Below are positions 1 through 10,325 of a DNA stretch of 32,115 bases, in pieces. Source of the DNA: Octopus bimaculoides (Eukaryota); the NCBI RefSeq assembly GCF_001194135.2, contig NC_068998.1, positions 24,822,251-24,854,365 on the forward strand, in the 5' to 3' direction. The notes beneath the pieces were generated by a model. The model was not told the DNA's origin. It worked only from the letters and a program-made list of their open reading frames with translations, and ran no database searches. Positions within the stretch are counted from its first letter, which is position 1. Every line of letters begins with the position of its first letter. The translations under genes were made by a program, and so were the position numbers.

Positions 1-34
<34 letters not shown>

Positions 35-85
35 TACATGCAGAAATACATATATATACATACTTGGATATATATGTATTTACAT

Positions 86-643
86 ATGCATATATGGATG
101 TCATAAAACGTAAACAATATAAAATACGAAAACATGTAATATGAACTTTTTTGCGAACAACGAAAGAAACAAATACAAAACAAGAGATGTAACATAGAGA
201 ACGACACTTCATCAGTTGTCGGCTGTTTATCCACTCCACATTTCGAGCAACTACGAGATGTGTCTTCGAGAAAACACTTGCTCTCGCAAAGCAAAAGGAA
301 ATTTGTGAATGGCGCAGGGTCAAATTTGGTAACAATAACGGGACATTGGAAGTAAACAGTAAGGGCTGCCAAGCGATAATGAGGTGATATTGCTAACGTT
401 GGAAGAACATGCTTTGGCAGGTGAAAAGATAGGAGGGGAGGAAGATAAGAAGGCATGTGATCTGTATGACAGACGAAAAGGAAATAAAGAAGCTGAAGTT
501 AGAAAACGAAAGATGGCCGATCTTCACGATTGAGCAACGAGAGAGTAAAGGGAGAAGAGTGAGAAAAAAAGAGGGACAGATAGAGAAGGGTGAAAGGGAG
601 ATAAAAAGAATTAGAGAAAGGAAGAGAGATGAAACGAAAGAGG
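86..643. repeat. Interspersed repeat copy A, a diverged tandem partner of 801-1427
   Basis: Collinear blocks shared with 801-1427, e.g. GTCATAAAACGTAAACAA, ATCAGTTGTCGG, CTCCACATTTCGAGCAA, GATGTGTCTTCGAGAAAACA, GGGTCAAA.TTGGTAACAA, followed by a purine-rich tail. No coding signal. Confidence 0.85.
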
Positions 644-800
644 AGAGAGTGAACAGTACAGAGAGTCGCATCAAAATTATTAAAATGAACTTACTTGGAA
701 ATTGATGCGTGGCGTTCAATTATATAATATCATAATTAATATGTATATATGCATATATACATACATATATGTACATCCTTACATATGTATGTATATAGAT

Positions 801-1427
801 ATGCATATATGCGTACGGGACGTCATAAAACGTAAACAACATGAAATACGAAATACGAAAACATGGAAAACGAACGTTTTTTGCGAATAACGAAAGACAC
901 AAATGCAAAACAAAACAAGTAACATAAAGAACGACCCTTTATCAGTTGTCGGTTGCTTATCTACTCCACATTTCGAGCAATTATGACCAGATGTGTCTTC
1001 GAGAAAACAGTTACTGCTGGAAATCAAAATGAAATTTGGGATAGGCGGAGGGTCAAAGTTGGTAACAAAAACGGGACAGTGAAAACAAACAGTAATGGCT
1101 GCTAATCCATAACGAGTAGAGGTGGTAAACGCTGGAGGAACAAGCTTTGACAGGAGAAAAGATAAGAGACAGACAAGAATGCGTGTGATCTATGTGGCAG
1201 ATTAAAAGGAATGAAAGAACCTCAAGTTAGGAAAAGAAAGATGGTCGCTGGTCACGTGAGTGCAACGAGGGAGTAAAGGAGGAAGAGTGAGAAAGAGAGA
1301 GGGGCAGATAGAGAACGTTGAACGGGAGAGGAAAATAATTAGAGAAAGGGTGAGGGAGAAAAACGAAACGAGGAGAAGGGGAGATAAAAAGTATTAGAGA
1401 AAGGAAGAAAAGAGGAAACGAAAGGGG
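801..1427. repeat. Interspersed repeat copy B, a diverged tandem partner of 86-643
   Basis: Same blocks in the same order as 86-643, roughly three-quarters identical by eye; ends at (TA)n and a gap. Confidence 0.85.
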
Positions 1428-1627
1428 TATATATATANNNNNNNNNNNNNNNNNNNNNNNNNNNNNNNNNNNNNNNNNNNNNNNNNNNNNNNNNNNNNNN
1501 NNNNNNNNNNNNNNNNNNNNNNNNNNNNNNNNNNNNNNNNNNNNNNNNNNNNNNNNNNNNNNNNNNNNNNNNNNNNNNNNNNNNNNNNNNNNNNNNNNNN
1601 NNNNNNNNNNNNNNNNNNNNNNNNNNN

Positions 1628-1658
<31 letters not shown>

Positions 1659-1691
1659 CACACACACACACACACACACACATGGACACAT

Positions 1692-2063
1692 CGATTGATT
1701 TATGCAACTCTGTCTACAAGTATTAATGCTAAGAATATTAAATACGTTAAGTGCTAGCACAGGTATTAGTTGTGACAACACTTACATTTAGCATAACAGA
1801 CTGATTTCAAATCTCATTAAATAATATCAACATAAATTTCTGTATTTTGATCTACGAGATTATTCGTGATTTTATGATCGCATTCCTCATTACTCAGAGT
1901 TAATGACCTTAGAATCCCACCAAGATCATTAAAGAGATATAGGGAATAGGTAGATGTTGGCACTTATCATGGACATGGTTGTACAGGAATCCTTAAGGCG
2001 CATCTGCTAATTAAATTATTAAACTTTCATTGTTTATGCCAGGTTTAACTATACCCCGTCCTT
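1692..2063. repeat. About 370-bp unclassified repeat, copy 1 (direct copy at 6127-6506)
   Basis: Long identical blocks with 6127-6506, e.g. GGTATTAGTTGTGACAACAC, CTGATTTCAAATCTCATTAAATAATAT, GTATTTTGATCTACGAGATTATTCGTGATTTTATGATCG, GAGATATAGGGAATAGGTAG. Confidence 0.9.
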
Positions 2064-2145
2064 ATAACATTCCTTGTACTTATTTCGATCATAAATATGC
2101 ATGTAAGCGTGTACGAATGAGTGTGCGTGTGTGTATATATATATA

Positions 2146-2180
<35 letters not shown>

Positions 2181-2227
2181 ATATATATAAACCCATTAAT
2201 ATATGCAGAACCATTTCAATCACCGTA

Positions 2228-2380
2228 TTCTTCTTCTTCTTCTTCTTCTTCTTCTTCTTCTTCTTCTTCTTCTTCTTCTTCTTCTTCTTCTTCTTCTTCT
2301 TCTTCTTCTTCTTCTTCTTCTTCTTCTTCTTCTTCTTCTTCTTCTTCTTCTTCTTCTTCTTCTTCTTCTTCTTCTTCTTC
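2228..2380. repeat. (TTC)51 microsatellite
   Basis: Perfect TTC run of 153 bp; source of the poly-F/S/L/E/R ORFs. Confidence 0.98.
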
Positions 2381-2384
2381 GTGT

Positions 2385-2552
2385 ATGTATGTATATGTGT
2401 GACCGTGTTTGACGCTCACCATCGTTTAACAACCGATGGTAGCGTGTTTACATCTTCGTTTACTAGCAGTTCGGTGAAAGGTACTGATAGAATAAGTACT
2501 AGGCTTACAAAGAATAAGTCCTAGGCCGCAGTTGAATGATTGAAACAAATAA
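2385..2552 (+). mobile_element. SINE 3' half, same family as 6507-6919
   Basis: CACCATC...GATAGAATAAGTACTAGGCTTACAAAGAATAAGTCCT...GGCCGCAGT..AATGATTGAAACAA matches the reverse complement of 6507-6670 (GACAGAATAAGTACACGGCT...AATGACTGAAACAAGTA). Confidence 0.7.
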
Positions 2553-3156
2553 TAGTATATGTATTTGTGTATACATACATATTTGTATGTATATANNNNN
2601 NNNNNNNNNNNNNNNNNNNNNNNNNNNNNNNNNNNNNNNNNNNNNNNNNNNNNNNNNNNNNNNNNNNNNNNNNNNNNNNNNNNNNNNNNNNNNNNNNNNN
2701 NNNNNNNNNNNNNNNNNNNNNNNNNNNNNNNNNNNNNNNNNNNNNNNNNNNNNNNNNNNNNNNNNNNNNNNNNNNNNNNNNNNNNNNNNNNNNNNNNNNN
2801 NNNNNNNNNNNNNNNNNNNNNNNNNNNNNNNNNNNNNNNNNNNNNNNNNNNNNNNNNNNNNNNNNNNNNNNNNNNNNNNNNNNNNNNNNNNNNNNNNNNN
2901 NNNNNNNNNNNNNNNNNNNNNNNNNNNNNNNNNNNNNNNNNNNNNNNNNNNNNNNNNNNNNNNNNNNNNNNNNNNNNNNNNNNNNNNNNNNNNNNNNNNN
3001 NNNNNNNNNNNNNNNNNNNNNNNNNNNNNNNNNNNNNNNNNNNNNNNNNNNNNNNNNNNNNNNNNNNNNNNNNNNNNNNNNNNNNNNNNNNNNNNNNNNN
3101 NNNNNNNNNNNNNNNNNNNNNNNTGTATGGGGTTCTGATGATTATGGTTCCATTAC

Positions 3157-3220
3157 AAATCAAGCTGAAGAGAAATAGACAGTCGGTAAGATTGTTAAAT
3201 TTTGAAACCGGTCCCTGTTT
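3157..3220 (+). ncRNA. Type I hammerhead ribozyme motif (minimal, palindromic helix III)
   Basis: CTGAAGA 3165-3171; stem II GAAAT/ATTTT plus GACAGTC/GATTGTT with GGTAA loop; GAAA 3204-3207; palindrome ACCGGT 3207-3212; GUC cleavage triplet ending 3213; helix I AAA(T)CAAG / CCTGTTT with one mismatch and one bulge. Confidence 0.7.
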
Positions 3221-3373
3221 AAGAACGTTCCTTTTTCGGTGATTTTAAATGTCTTGTCCGCTTACGTTTTGGTATCACGCTATATTTCATGTTGAGAACA
3301 ATTTAGGTCTTATTAGACACAAGATGTGATCTATTTCTAGCACATTGAATGTCCACGTTAGTGGTCAACGTCA

Positions 3374-3384
3374 TATATATAGAT

Positions 3385-3430
<46 letters not shown>
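3374..3430. repeat. (GATA)n microsatellite
   Basis: Tandem GATA run. Confidence 0.95.
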
Positions 3431-3436
3431 TCAGTT

Positions 3437-3665
3437 GAATTAGGTACTTAAGTTCAAGCACCAAGTCAGTGCGGTATTGTCCGTACAACTCAAAGTAAGG
3501 CGAATAAAATCAAACTAAGCAACAGGATATATCTAGAGATGATGCAGTACGACCGTTTCAAGTTCCCCTATTTAATAGAATAATGCAATCATTACATCAA
3601 TTTAAATGCAGGGCTATCGTCAGCTGCAGAAATAAATAGAATCGTTTAATCAGTTGGACACATTA
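3437..3665 (+). repeat. Unclassified repeat family; other pieces at 5320-5465 (inverted) and 7892-8010 (direct)
   Basis: 3518-3665 matches the reverse complement of 5320-5465; GAATTAGGTACTTAAGTT...AAGTAAGG.GAATAAAA...CCGTTTCAAGT recurs at 7892-8010. Confidence 0.8.
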
Positions 3666-3799
3666 ATATGATTTTACTTAAATTCTCTAATAGAGAAAGT
3701 AGCGGGGAAAGTCTATGTTGTTACTAATCTACACTAATGTATACTTCACGTCTAAAACGGTATCTAGAAGTGTACAATCACAACTGTAGCTGGTAACTT

Positions 3800-4128
3800 T
3801 GTATATATAGAATGTTCAATAAATATGAAAAAAACGTAATAATAACAATTTTGATCTTTTAGACTCAAACATAGTACCAAGTGTACGTCCTTATCAAACA
3901 AAATTTGGGAACTGAAGGAAAGCGGAAACGAATGTAGCCTTAAATGGGATATTATAAGGAAAGCGAAGCCTTATAGAGATAGTCGATACTGGTGCGAGCT
4001 GTGCTCTATGGAAACCTATGAAATTTTTATGTTTAGAGACAAGAGCAATCTGGTTAATAATAGATTAGACCAAAGGGTATCATGCGTACATAGGATCACC
4101 CGTTCATTTAAATATTCTCGAAATTAGC
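3800..4128 (+). mobile_element. Penelope-like element GIY-YIG endonuclease C-terminal fragment (decayed)
   Basis: Open frame 3858-4128 reads FRLKHSTKCTSLSNKIWELKESGNECSLKWDIIRKAKPYRDSRYWCELCSMETYEIFMFRDKSNLVNNRLDQRVSCVHR. This fits the PLE EN pattern T.LS..IW.LK...KW.I...A.PY...C.LC..E...I...LLN.R.E...C.H; a frameshifted YIE(G) lies just upstream. Clade not assigned. Confidence 0.8.
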
Positions 4129-4337
4129 GTTTATAGGTGCTGCACTTGAACCAGGATAAGGGAAATTAATTTTAGTGTCGTATATGATGTGAACTTACAC
4201 TCTAGTATTATATACAATAAGTTATATATATATACAGTTTTATATTTAAGAGATGAGGAATTATGTACATTATTTACGTTTGACGGATATATGTCCTCAT
4301 GTGGTTTGTTGTCAACACAACATTTTGGTGTCTTGGG

Positions 4338-4820
<483 letters not shown>

Positions 4821-4821
4821 G

Positions 4822-4924
4822 TATTATTATTATTATTATTATTATCATTATTATTATTATTATTATTATTATTGTTGTTGTTGTTGTTGTTGTTGTTATT
4901 ATTATTATCCAGGCAGTGACGTCA

Positions 4925-4974
<50 letters not shown>
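4822..4974. repeat. Inverted microsatellite pair (ATT/GTT)n - 21-bp spacer - (AAT)n
   Basis: (ATT/GTT)n 4822-4908; spacer 4909-4929 contains the palindrome TGACGTCA; (AAT)n 4930-4974. Confidence 0.95.
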
Positions 4975-4975
<1 letters not shown>

Positions 4976-5315
4976 TCACACTAGATACAGCCAATGAAAT
5001 AAAATAATTAGACGAAAGCCAGCCATACAAATATTTAGGATACAACACACACAAATGAAAGAAAAAATAAAGAAAGGGTACTATAGACGAGTTAGATCAA
5101 TACTCAAAACAGAGCTCAATGCTAAAAACAAGATAATAGGTATTAACACTTTAGCCGTCCCGGTTATAAGTTACAGCTACAATATCCTTAACTGGACACT
5201 AAACGAACTATCTAAAACAGACGAGAATACAAGAAAAATAATGACAGGATCTAAGATGCACCACCCAAAATTGATATAAAAAAGCTATATATACAACGTA
5301 CAGAAGGTGGTAGGT
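4975..5315 (+). mobile_element. R4/Dong-like non-LTR retrotransposon RT/thumb fragment
   Basis: LDESQPYKYLG...MKEKIKKGYYRRVRSILKTELNAKNKIIGINTLAVPVISYSYNILNWTLNELSKTDENTRKIMTGSKMHHPK(frameshift)DIKKLYIQRTEGGR; YKYLG, LNAKNKI.AINT.AVPV, HHPK.D..RLY..R..GGRG are family motifs. Confidence 0.9.
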
Positions 5316-5319
5316 ATAC

Positions 5320-5497
5320 TAATGTGTCCAACTGATTAAAACATTCTATTTATTTATGCAGCTAAGGATAGCCCTGTATTTAAATTGATGTAATGATTGC
5401 ATTGTTCAATTAAATGGAGTAGCTTGAAACGGTCATACTGCATCGCCGCTTGATATTCTGTTGCTCATACTGCATCACCCCTTGATATTCTATTCTC
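5320..5497 (-). repeat. Inverted copy of 3518-3665 plus a 32-bp tandem duplication
   Basis: Reverse complement of 5320-5465 aligns along 3518-3665; CATACTGCATC.CC.CTTGATATTCT is repeated twice in 5434-5497. Confidence 0.85.
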
Positions 5498-5520
5498 AAG
5501 TCATATACATTATTATCATA

Positions 5521-5676
5521 GGAAAAAATTCAATGACTTATAGGTTTTTGTGAGATATCCCCGAGTATGGGATTTCCTCTCATCATTTTCCCTATTGTTC
5601 CCCATTTGTGACTGATGACAATATCTCATACTCAGGGATATCCAAGAAACAGCTGTGAGATTTGAATTTTTTTTCC
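5521..5676. ncRNA. Inverted pair of degenerate hammerhead-like motifs (probable PLE pLTR remnants)
   Basis: Right arm (+): CTGATGA 5612-5618, stem II ATATCTC/GGGATAT, GAAA 5646-5649, palindrome ACAGCTGT 5649-5656. Left arm 5521-5586 is a diverged reverse-complement copy retaining GTC. The 5' strand of helix I is not evident. Confidence 0.5.
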
Positions 5677-5707
<31 letters not shown>

Positions 5708-6030
5708 TATATTACTTGAGATGTTTGCCTTGCCGTAACGTTTGTTGTCCTCTTTATCAATTATATATCCGGTGCGCATGGTAAAAGGTTAGCGATATTT
5801 AATATACGTCACGATGACGTGCAGCTATTGTTTATACCTCGCTCAGAGATTTATTATTGCTTAGATATATCAATCATTAACATGGCTATTCGCAACTTAC
5901 AACCAAAAGGCTCAAGTACATATGTCTATGTACATGTATGAAAACATGCATATTTATAGGCATTTATATTTATAAAAACACACGCGGGGTGCTTAGACAT
6001 ATGCATGTAAGACATATATGCATGTATATA

Positions 6031-6097
<67 letters not shown>

Positions 6098-6126
6098 CAC
6101 GCATATATAGATACACACGCACACAC

Positions 6127-6506
6127 CGATTGATTAATGCAATTCTTTCTATACATGCGAGTGCTAAGAGTATTAAATACTTTAAGTGCCTAGCACTGGT
6201 ATTAGTTGTGACAACACCTACATAACAGCCTGATTTCAAATCTCATTAAATAATATGAACATAACTTTCCGTATTTTGATCTACGAGATTATTCGTGATT
6301 TTATGATCGTATTTCTCATTACTCAGAGTTAATGGATATAGAATCCCACCAAGAAAGATCGTTAACGAGATATAGGGAATAGGTAGTTGCTAGCAATTAT
6401 CATGGTCATAGATGTACAGGAACCCTTAATGCGTGGTGTTTACGCATCTGCTAATTAAATTGTTAAACTTTCATTGTTTATGTGAGGTTTAACTACGTCC
6501 GTCCTT
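6127..6506. repeat. About 370-bp unclassified repeat, copy 2
   Basis: Direct copy of 1692-2063. Confidence 0.9.
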
Positions 6507-6667
6507 GTACTTGTTTCAGTCATTGGTCAAGAGACATGCTGGGGCACTGCATGTCTCCTACCCAATGACAGAACTTATATTTTTAGAGCCGTGTACTTAT
6601 TCTGTCCGTCTCTTCATCCAAACTGCTGTCAAACTCCCGTTGACAAGAGTTGATGGTTGGCAAACAG

Positions 6668-6719
<52 letters not shown>

Positions 6720-6919
6720 NNNNNNNNNNACACATAAACACACACACACGCGTGCCTATATGCGAATGATAGGCTTCTTTCAGTCTCCGTCTATCAAATC
6801 CACTCAAATTTTTGGTTCGCCCGGAGCTATCAAAGATGGACCATGTTGAAGGTACCACGCAGAGGGACTGAACCTATATGGTTGAGAAGCCAACTTCTTA
6901 CCACACAGTCACACCTGCA
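6507..6919 (-). mobile_element. tRNA-derived SINE with an internal (TG)n microsatellite
   Basis: Minus strand begins GCAGGTGTGACTGTGTGGTAAGAAG (A-box-like) and has GGTTCAGTCCC (B-box-like), a body to GAAAGAAGCC, (TG)n, then a 3' half matching 2385-2552. Resembles an abundant Octopus SINE from memory. Confidence 0.8.
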
Positions 6920-7464
6920 TCGAACATACAAATTAAAATAAATTAACTCATATAATTTTCTTTCGAAGTGAACTGACTATATCAGCCAGAACCTTTCGGT
7001 ATTAGAGCAAACGAGGCGCGTGGCTGATGTTAATAATTCTCTTTTCTTTCTCAGTGGATTTGGTTGATCATTCCTGTTGAAATACCCGACCCTTTATACG
7101 CATTTAACATGATTCTTTGACAAATTAAAAACCAATATTCATGATATAAATGACCAATAAATGTTCGCACATGTGTGCTATACATTTTAGTGAAACAAAA
7201 TATTTGAATTTTTACTTTATCAAATTATTTCCCGAGGAAATTGAACTAATTTTTAATTTTCTAACCCCTTAAACACATTTACTTATTTTAACAACAAATT
7301 CAACTGTAATTGCTGTAGGAAATTTAAACGACCTACAAGTTCTCTTTTGTATTCGAATTTAATTTAGATTACGATAGGTGTAACATGTATGAACCAAATT
7401 TTAAGCTATTTTATTCTACAGTAATCTCTAAGAAAAAGGACAACCATTCTCAGCATCAAAATGA

Positions 7465-7881
7465 TGCCTGTACATCAATATGAAGCAGAGTAAGGAATGG
7501 CTAAGCCCTGGTAAACAAGCGACACCGCGCGCGAAACAAGATCTTCATCCGCGTAAAGCGATGTTGTGCGTATGGTGGGACTGGGAAGGAATTATCCATT
7601 GCGAATTGCTTGAATAGAATCAAACGGTCAACGCGGAACTCTATGTTCGACAGATGGAACGACTCAATACGGTTATTCAATAGAAAAGACCTAATCAGCA
7701 GCATGGAGTTCTTCTGCTGCACGACAACGCCAATATCACCAAGGAAGCCCTTCAAACGCATGGCTGAGAAGTGCTGCCCCATCCACCGTACTCTCCTGAT
7801 TTGGCATCAACGGATTTCTACCTCTTTCGATCTCTTTCAAATGCTATGCGCGGAGTTTCCTTCAATACTGATGCAGAATTA
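7465..7881 (+). mobile_element. Mariner (D,D34D) transposase catalytic-domain fragment, inactive
   Basis: CLYINMKQSKEWLSPGKQATPRAKQDLHPRKAMLCVWWDWEGIIHCELLE*NQTVNAELYVRQMERL...LLLHDNA(deletion)...EVLPHPPYSPDLASTDFYLFRSLSNAMRG; the WWD, HDNA and YSPDLA..D motifs are diagnostic. Contains stops; no TIRs found. Confidence 0.95.
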
Positions 7882-7973
7882 ATAATTATTTGAATTAGGT
7901 ACTTAAGTTGAGTCATCAGACATTATCTGCACAGCTCGAAGTAAGGTGAATAAAAAGCAAATATGTAGTAGGG

Positions 7974-8046
7974 ATGTCAAGGTATTAGTGCATTACAGCC
8001 GTTTCAAGTCGCCTGAAACGGCTGTGATGCACTAATACATTGACAT
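7974..8046. other. Near-perfect 73-nt inverted-repeat hairpin
   Basis: 33-nt arms 7974-8006 and 8014-8046, loop AGTCGCC; 31 Watson-Crick pairs, one U-G and one G-A mismatch on the + strand. Confidence 0.9.
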
Positions 8047-9403
8047 GCTTTGTTACTTATTTACTTATTTACTTTGTATATGTGTATGTATGTATGTATG
8101 TATGTATGTATGTATGTATATATGTATATATGCATGTGTATATATATNNNNNNNNNNNNNNNNNNNNNNNNNNNNNNNNNNNNNNNNNNNNNNNNNNNNN
8201 NNNNNNNNNNNNNNNNNNNNNNNNNNNNNNNNNNNNNNNNNNNNNNNNNNNNNNNNNNNNNNNNNNNNNNNNNNNNNNNNNNNNNNNNNNNNNNNNNNNN
8301 NNNNNNNNNNNNNNNNNNNNNNNNNNNNNNNNNNNNNNNNNNNNNNNNNNNNNNNNNNNNNNNNNNNNNNNNNNNNNNNNNNNNNNNNNNNNNNNNNNNN
8401 NNNNNNNNNNNNNNNNNNNNNNNNNNNNNNNNNNNNNNNNNNNNNNNNNNNNNNNNNNNNNNNNNNNNNNNNNNNNNNNNNNNNNNNNNNNNNNNNNNNN
8501 NNNNNNNNNNNNNNNNNNNNNNNNNNNNNNNNNNNNNNNNNNNNNNNNNNNNNNNNNNNNNNNNNNNNNNNNNNNNNNNNNNNNNNNNNNTATATATATA
8601 TACACATATAAATGCATGTGTGCGTGCACTTCTTTTTGTGTGTGTGTATTATGTGAATTGTATTCTCGTGAATTATTTATGTTATTAACTAACTTTAGAA
8701 TAAAAGGATCCTATAGGAAATCATAGCGAAGCTACTTTGGAGCATGAGAACATATTTAAGTACACAATATTATGACACATAAAGTGGACTTAACTGAGAA
8801 CATCATCCATTCAAGCTTTGATCAATATATGATATGTAATATAAACGTTCTTCAGCAATAATTGGTTAGCAAATATAATGAACAACTCTCCCTGCTACAC
8901 AGCATATGACAAGATATCAGTTTTCCTCCTGAGATCCTAGAAATGCAGCCTGTTATAACGTAGTTTGTATTCCTCGGCAAACTGTTCTTGCTCCTCGTAA
9001 TCCGTATATTTTATAAATACGCTTGCTTCTATTTTATGTTCATACTACAAAATCTACCAAATCTACGTAATGTTATTATAACTTATCGGAATGCATTTGT
9101 GTTTGATAATTTTCATCCTATTTATTTCATGTTTCTATTGTTTTTTACATCGAACGCATTCCGATATCGCCACTATTCATAAGTGTTAAGCACTGACAAT
9201 ACTCAACTACCATCATATAACTATCACAATAGATTGCTCCATGTGATGATATATGTATACGCAACGTATATTTCGAACCACAGTTGCTTCTGTATTTTTT
9301 TTCACTATGAAATTGGGTATGGATAATGTAGGCTTTACACAATACGTATTTACGTACACAAACACATGCATACACGCAGACACATATATATTTACGTTTA
9401 TAC

Positions 9404-9440
<37 letters not shown>

Positions 9441-9528
9441 GATTAGTGGTTGTGTTAACCTCATAAAGGATGGTTTCAACCAAAGGAGTACTGGTTCAAT
9501 ACCTAGTATTTTGAGGGAATTAATTTCT

Positions 9529-9560
<32 letters not shown>

Positions 9561-9957
9561 TAGGGTTTATATTCATATAAAACAAGAAACAGCTGTAAAG
9601 GATGATGATAAATTTGTTGCTAATAATATTTAACTTGCCAATCTCCATTTTCTTTTTCTTCTTATTACAGATCACAAAAACAATTATTTACACTCACATG
9701 CATTTAGACGTATTTGTACGTTTAAATATATCGTACTTGCATGCATAGGTATACACACATTTACTTAATACGGACAATTGTTTAAGTAACTAGATTTGTT
9801 GATACAGCTAAAATGTACGAAATACTCTTTATAGTAAATTATTCTCGTGTACTTTTACTTTATTTTGATAATTTCTGTACGTTTATATTGATAAATTTCG
9901 ATACGTTTAATTAAAACAAACATATGCGATATCAATATTTATACGCCGTCTTATTCT

Positions 9958-10078
9958 ACTGAGGTCCTTTCGATAAATGTCGATAAATTAAATACCATCT
10001 GAGCACCGGGTCGATGTAATCGACTAGACACCACCCCTATAATTGCTAGTATTGTTTCACAATTTGAGACCATTATTT
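9958..10078 (+). mobile_element. 5'-truncated SINE (second family), tandem with 10091-10325
   Basis: GTCGATAAATTAAATACCA...GGGTCGATGTAATCGACT parallels the 3' part of the adjacent copy. Confidence 0.6.
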
Positions 10079-10090
10079 ATACACCACATT

Positions 10091-10325
10091 GGCGGCAAAC
10101 TGGCAGAATCAGTTACACATCGGAGAAAACACTTAGCGGCATTTCTTTCATCACGTTATGTTCTGAGTTCAAATTCCGCCTAGGTCTATTCTTTATTCCG
10201 TCTTGCAGAGTCCATAAAATAAATACCAGTGAAGTATTGAGATCGAATCAGTCGACTTGCCCCTACCTCCTACAAAAATCTTGTATTGTGAACTTTTGGT
10301 TAGTTTGCCAAAGATTTGAAATAAT
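10091..10325 (+). mobile_element. tRNA-derived SINE (second family)
   Basis: GGCGGCAAACTGGCAGAATC head, GAGTTCAAATTCCGCC (B-box-like), ATAAAATAAATACCAGT...GATCGAATCAGTCGACT; homologous to the reverse complement of 29445-29594. Confidence 0.75.

Noticed and set aside
205-262. CTGATGA on the minus strand of the 86-643 repeat
   Set aside because: No GAAA follows at a usable distance, copy B has CTGATAA, and no stems could be built.
2030-2432. ORFs with poly-F, S, L, E or R (likewise 4189-4545, 13897-14319, 28200-28639)
   Set aside because: They are translations of (TTC)n, (ATT)n, (CT)n and (GAA)n microsatellites with no flanking coding signal.
2426-3242. Long ORFs containing X runs (also at ~1227-1781, 8040-8726, 14833-15379, 17452-18207, 22518-22847, 26531-26844)
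   Set aside because: Their length comes from N-gaps; the real sequence on either side is TA/CA microsatellite.
5516-5680. Minus-strand reading resembling a LINE C-terminus (…GTIGKMMRGNPILGDISQK)
   Set aside because: Similarity is weak, and the segment is better explained as an inverted pair of HHR-like arms.
8937-9044. Minus-strand 35-codon open stretch YEHKIEASVFIKYTDYEEQEQFAEEYKLRYNRLHF after an acceptor-like TTTTGTAG
   Set aside because: Protein-like by eye but short, with no recognisable family and no partner exon; within chance expectation.
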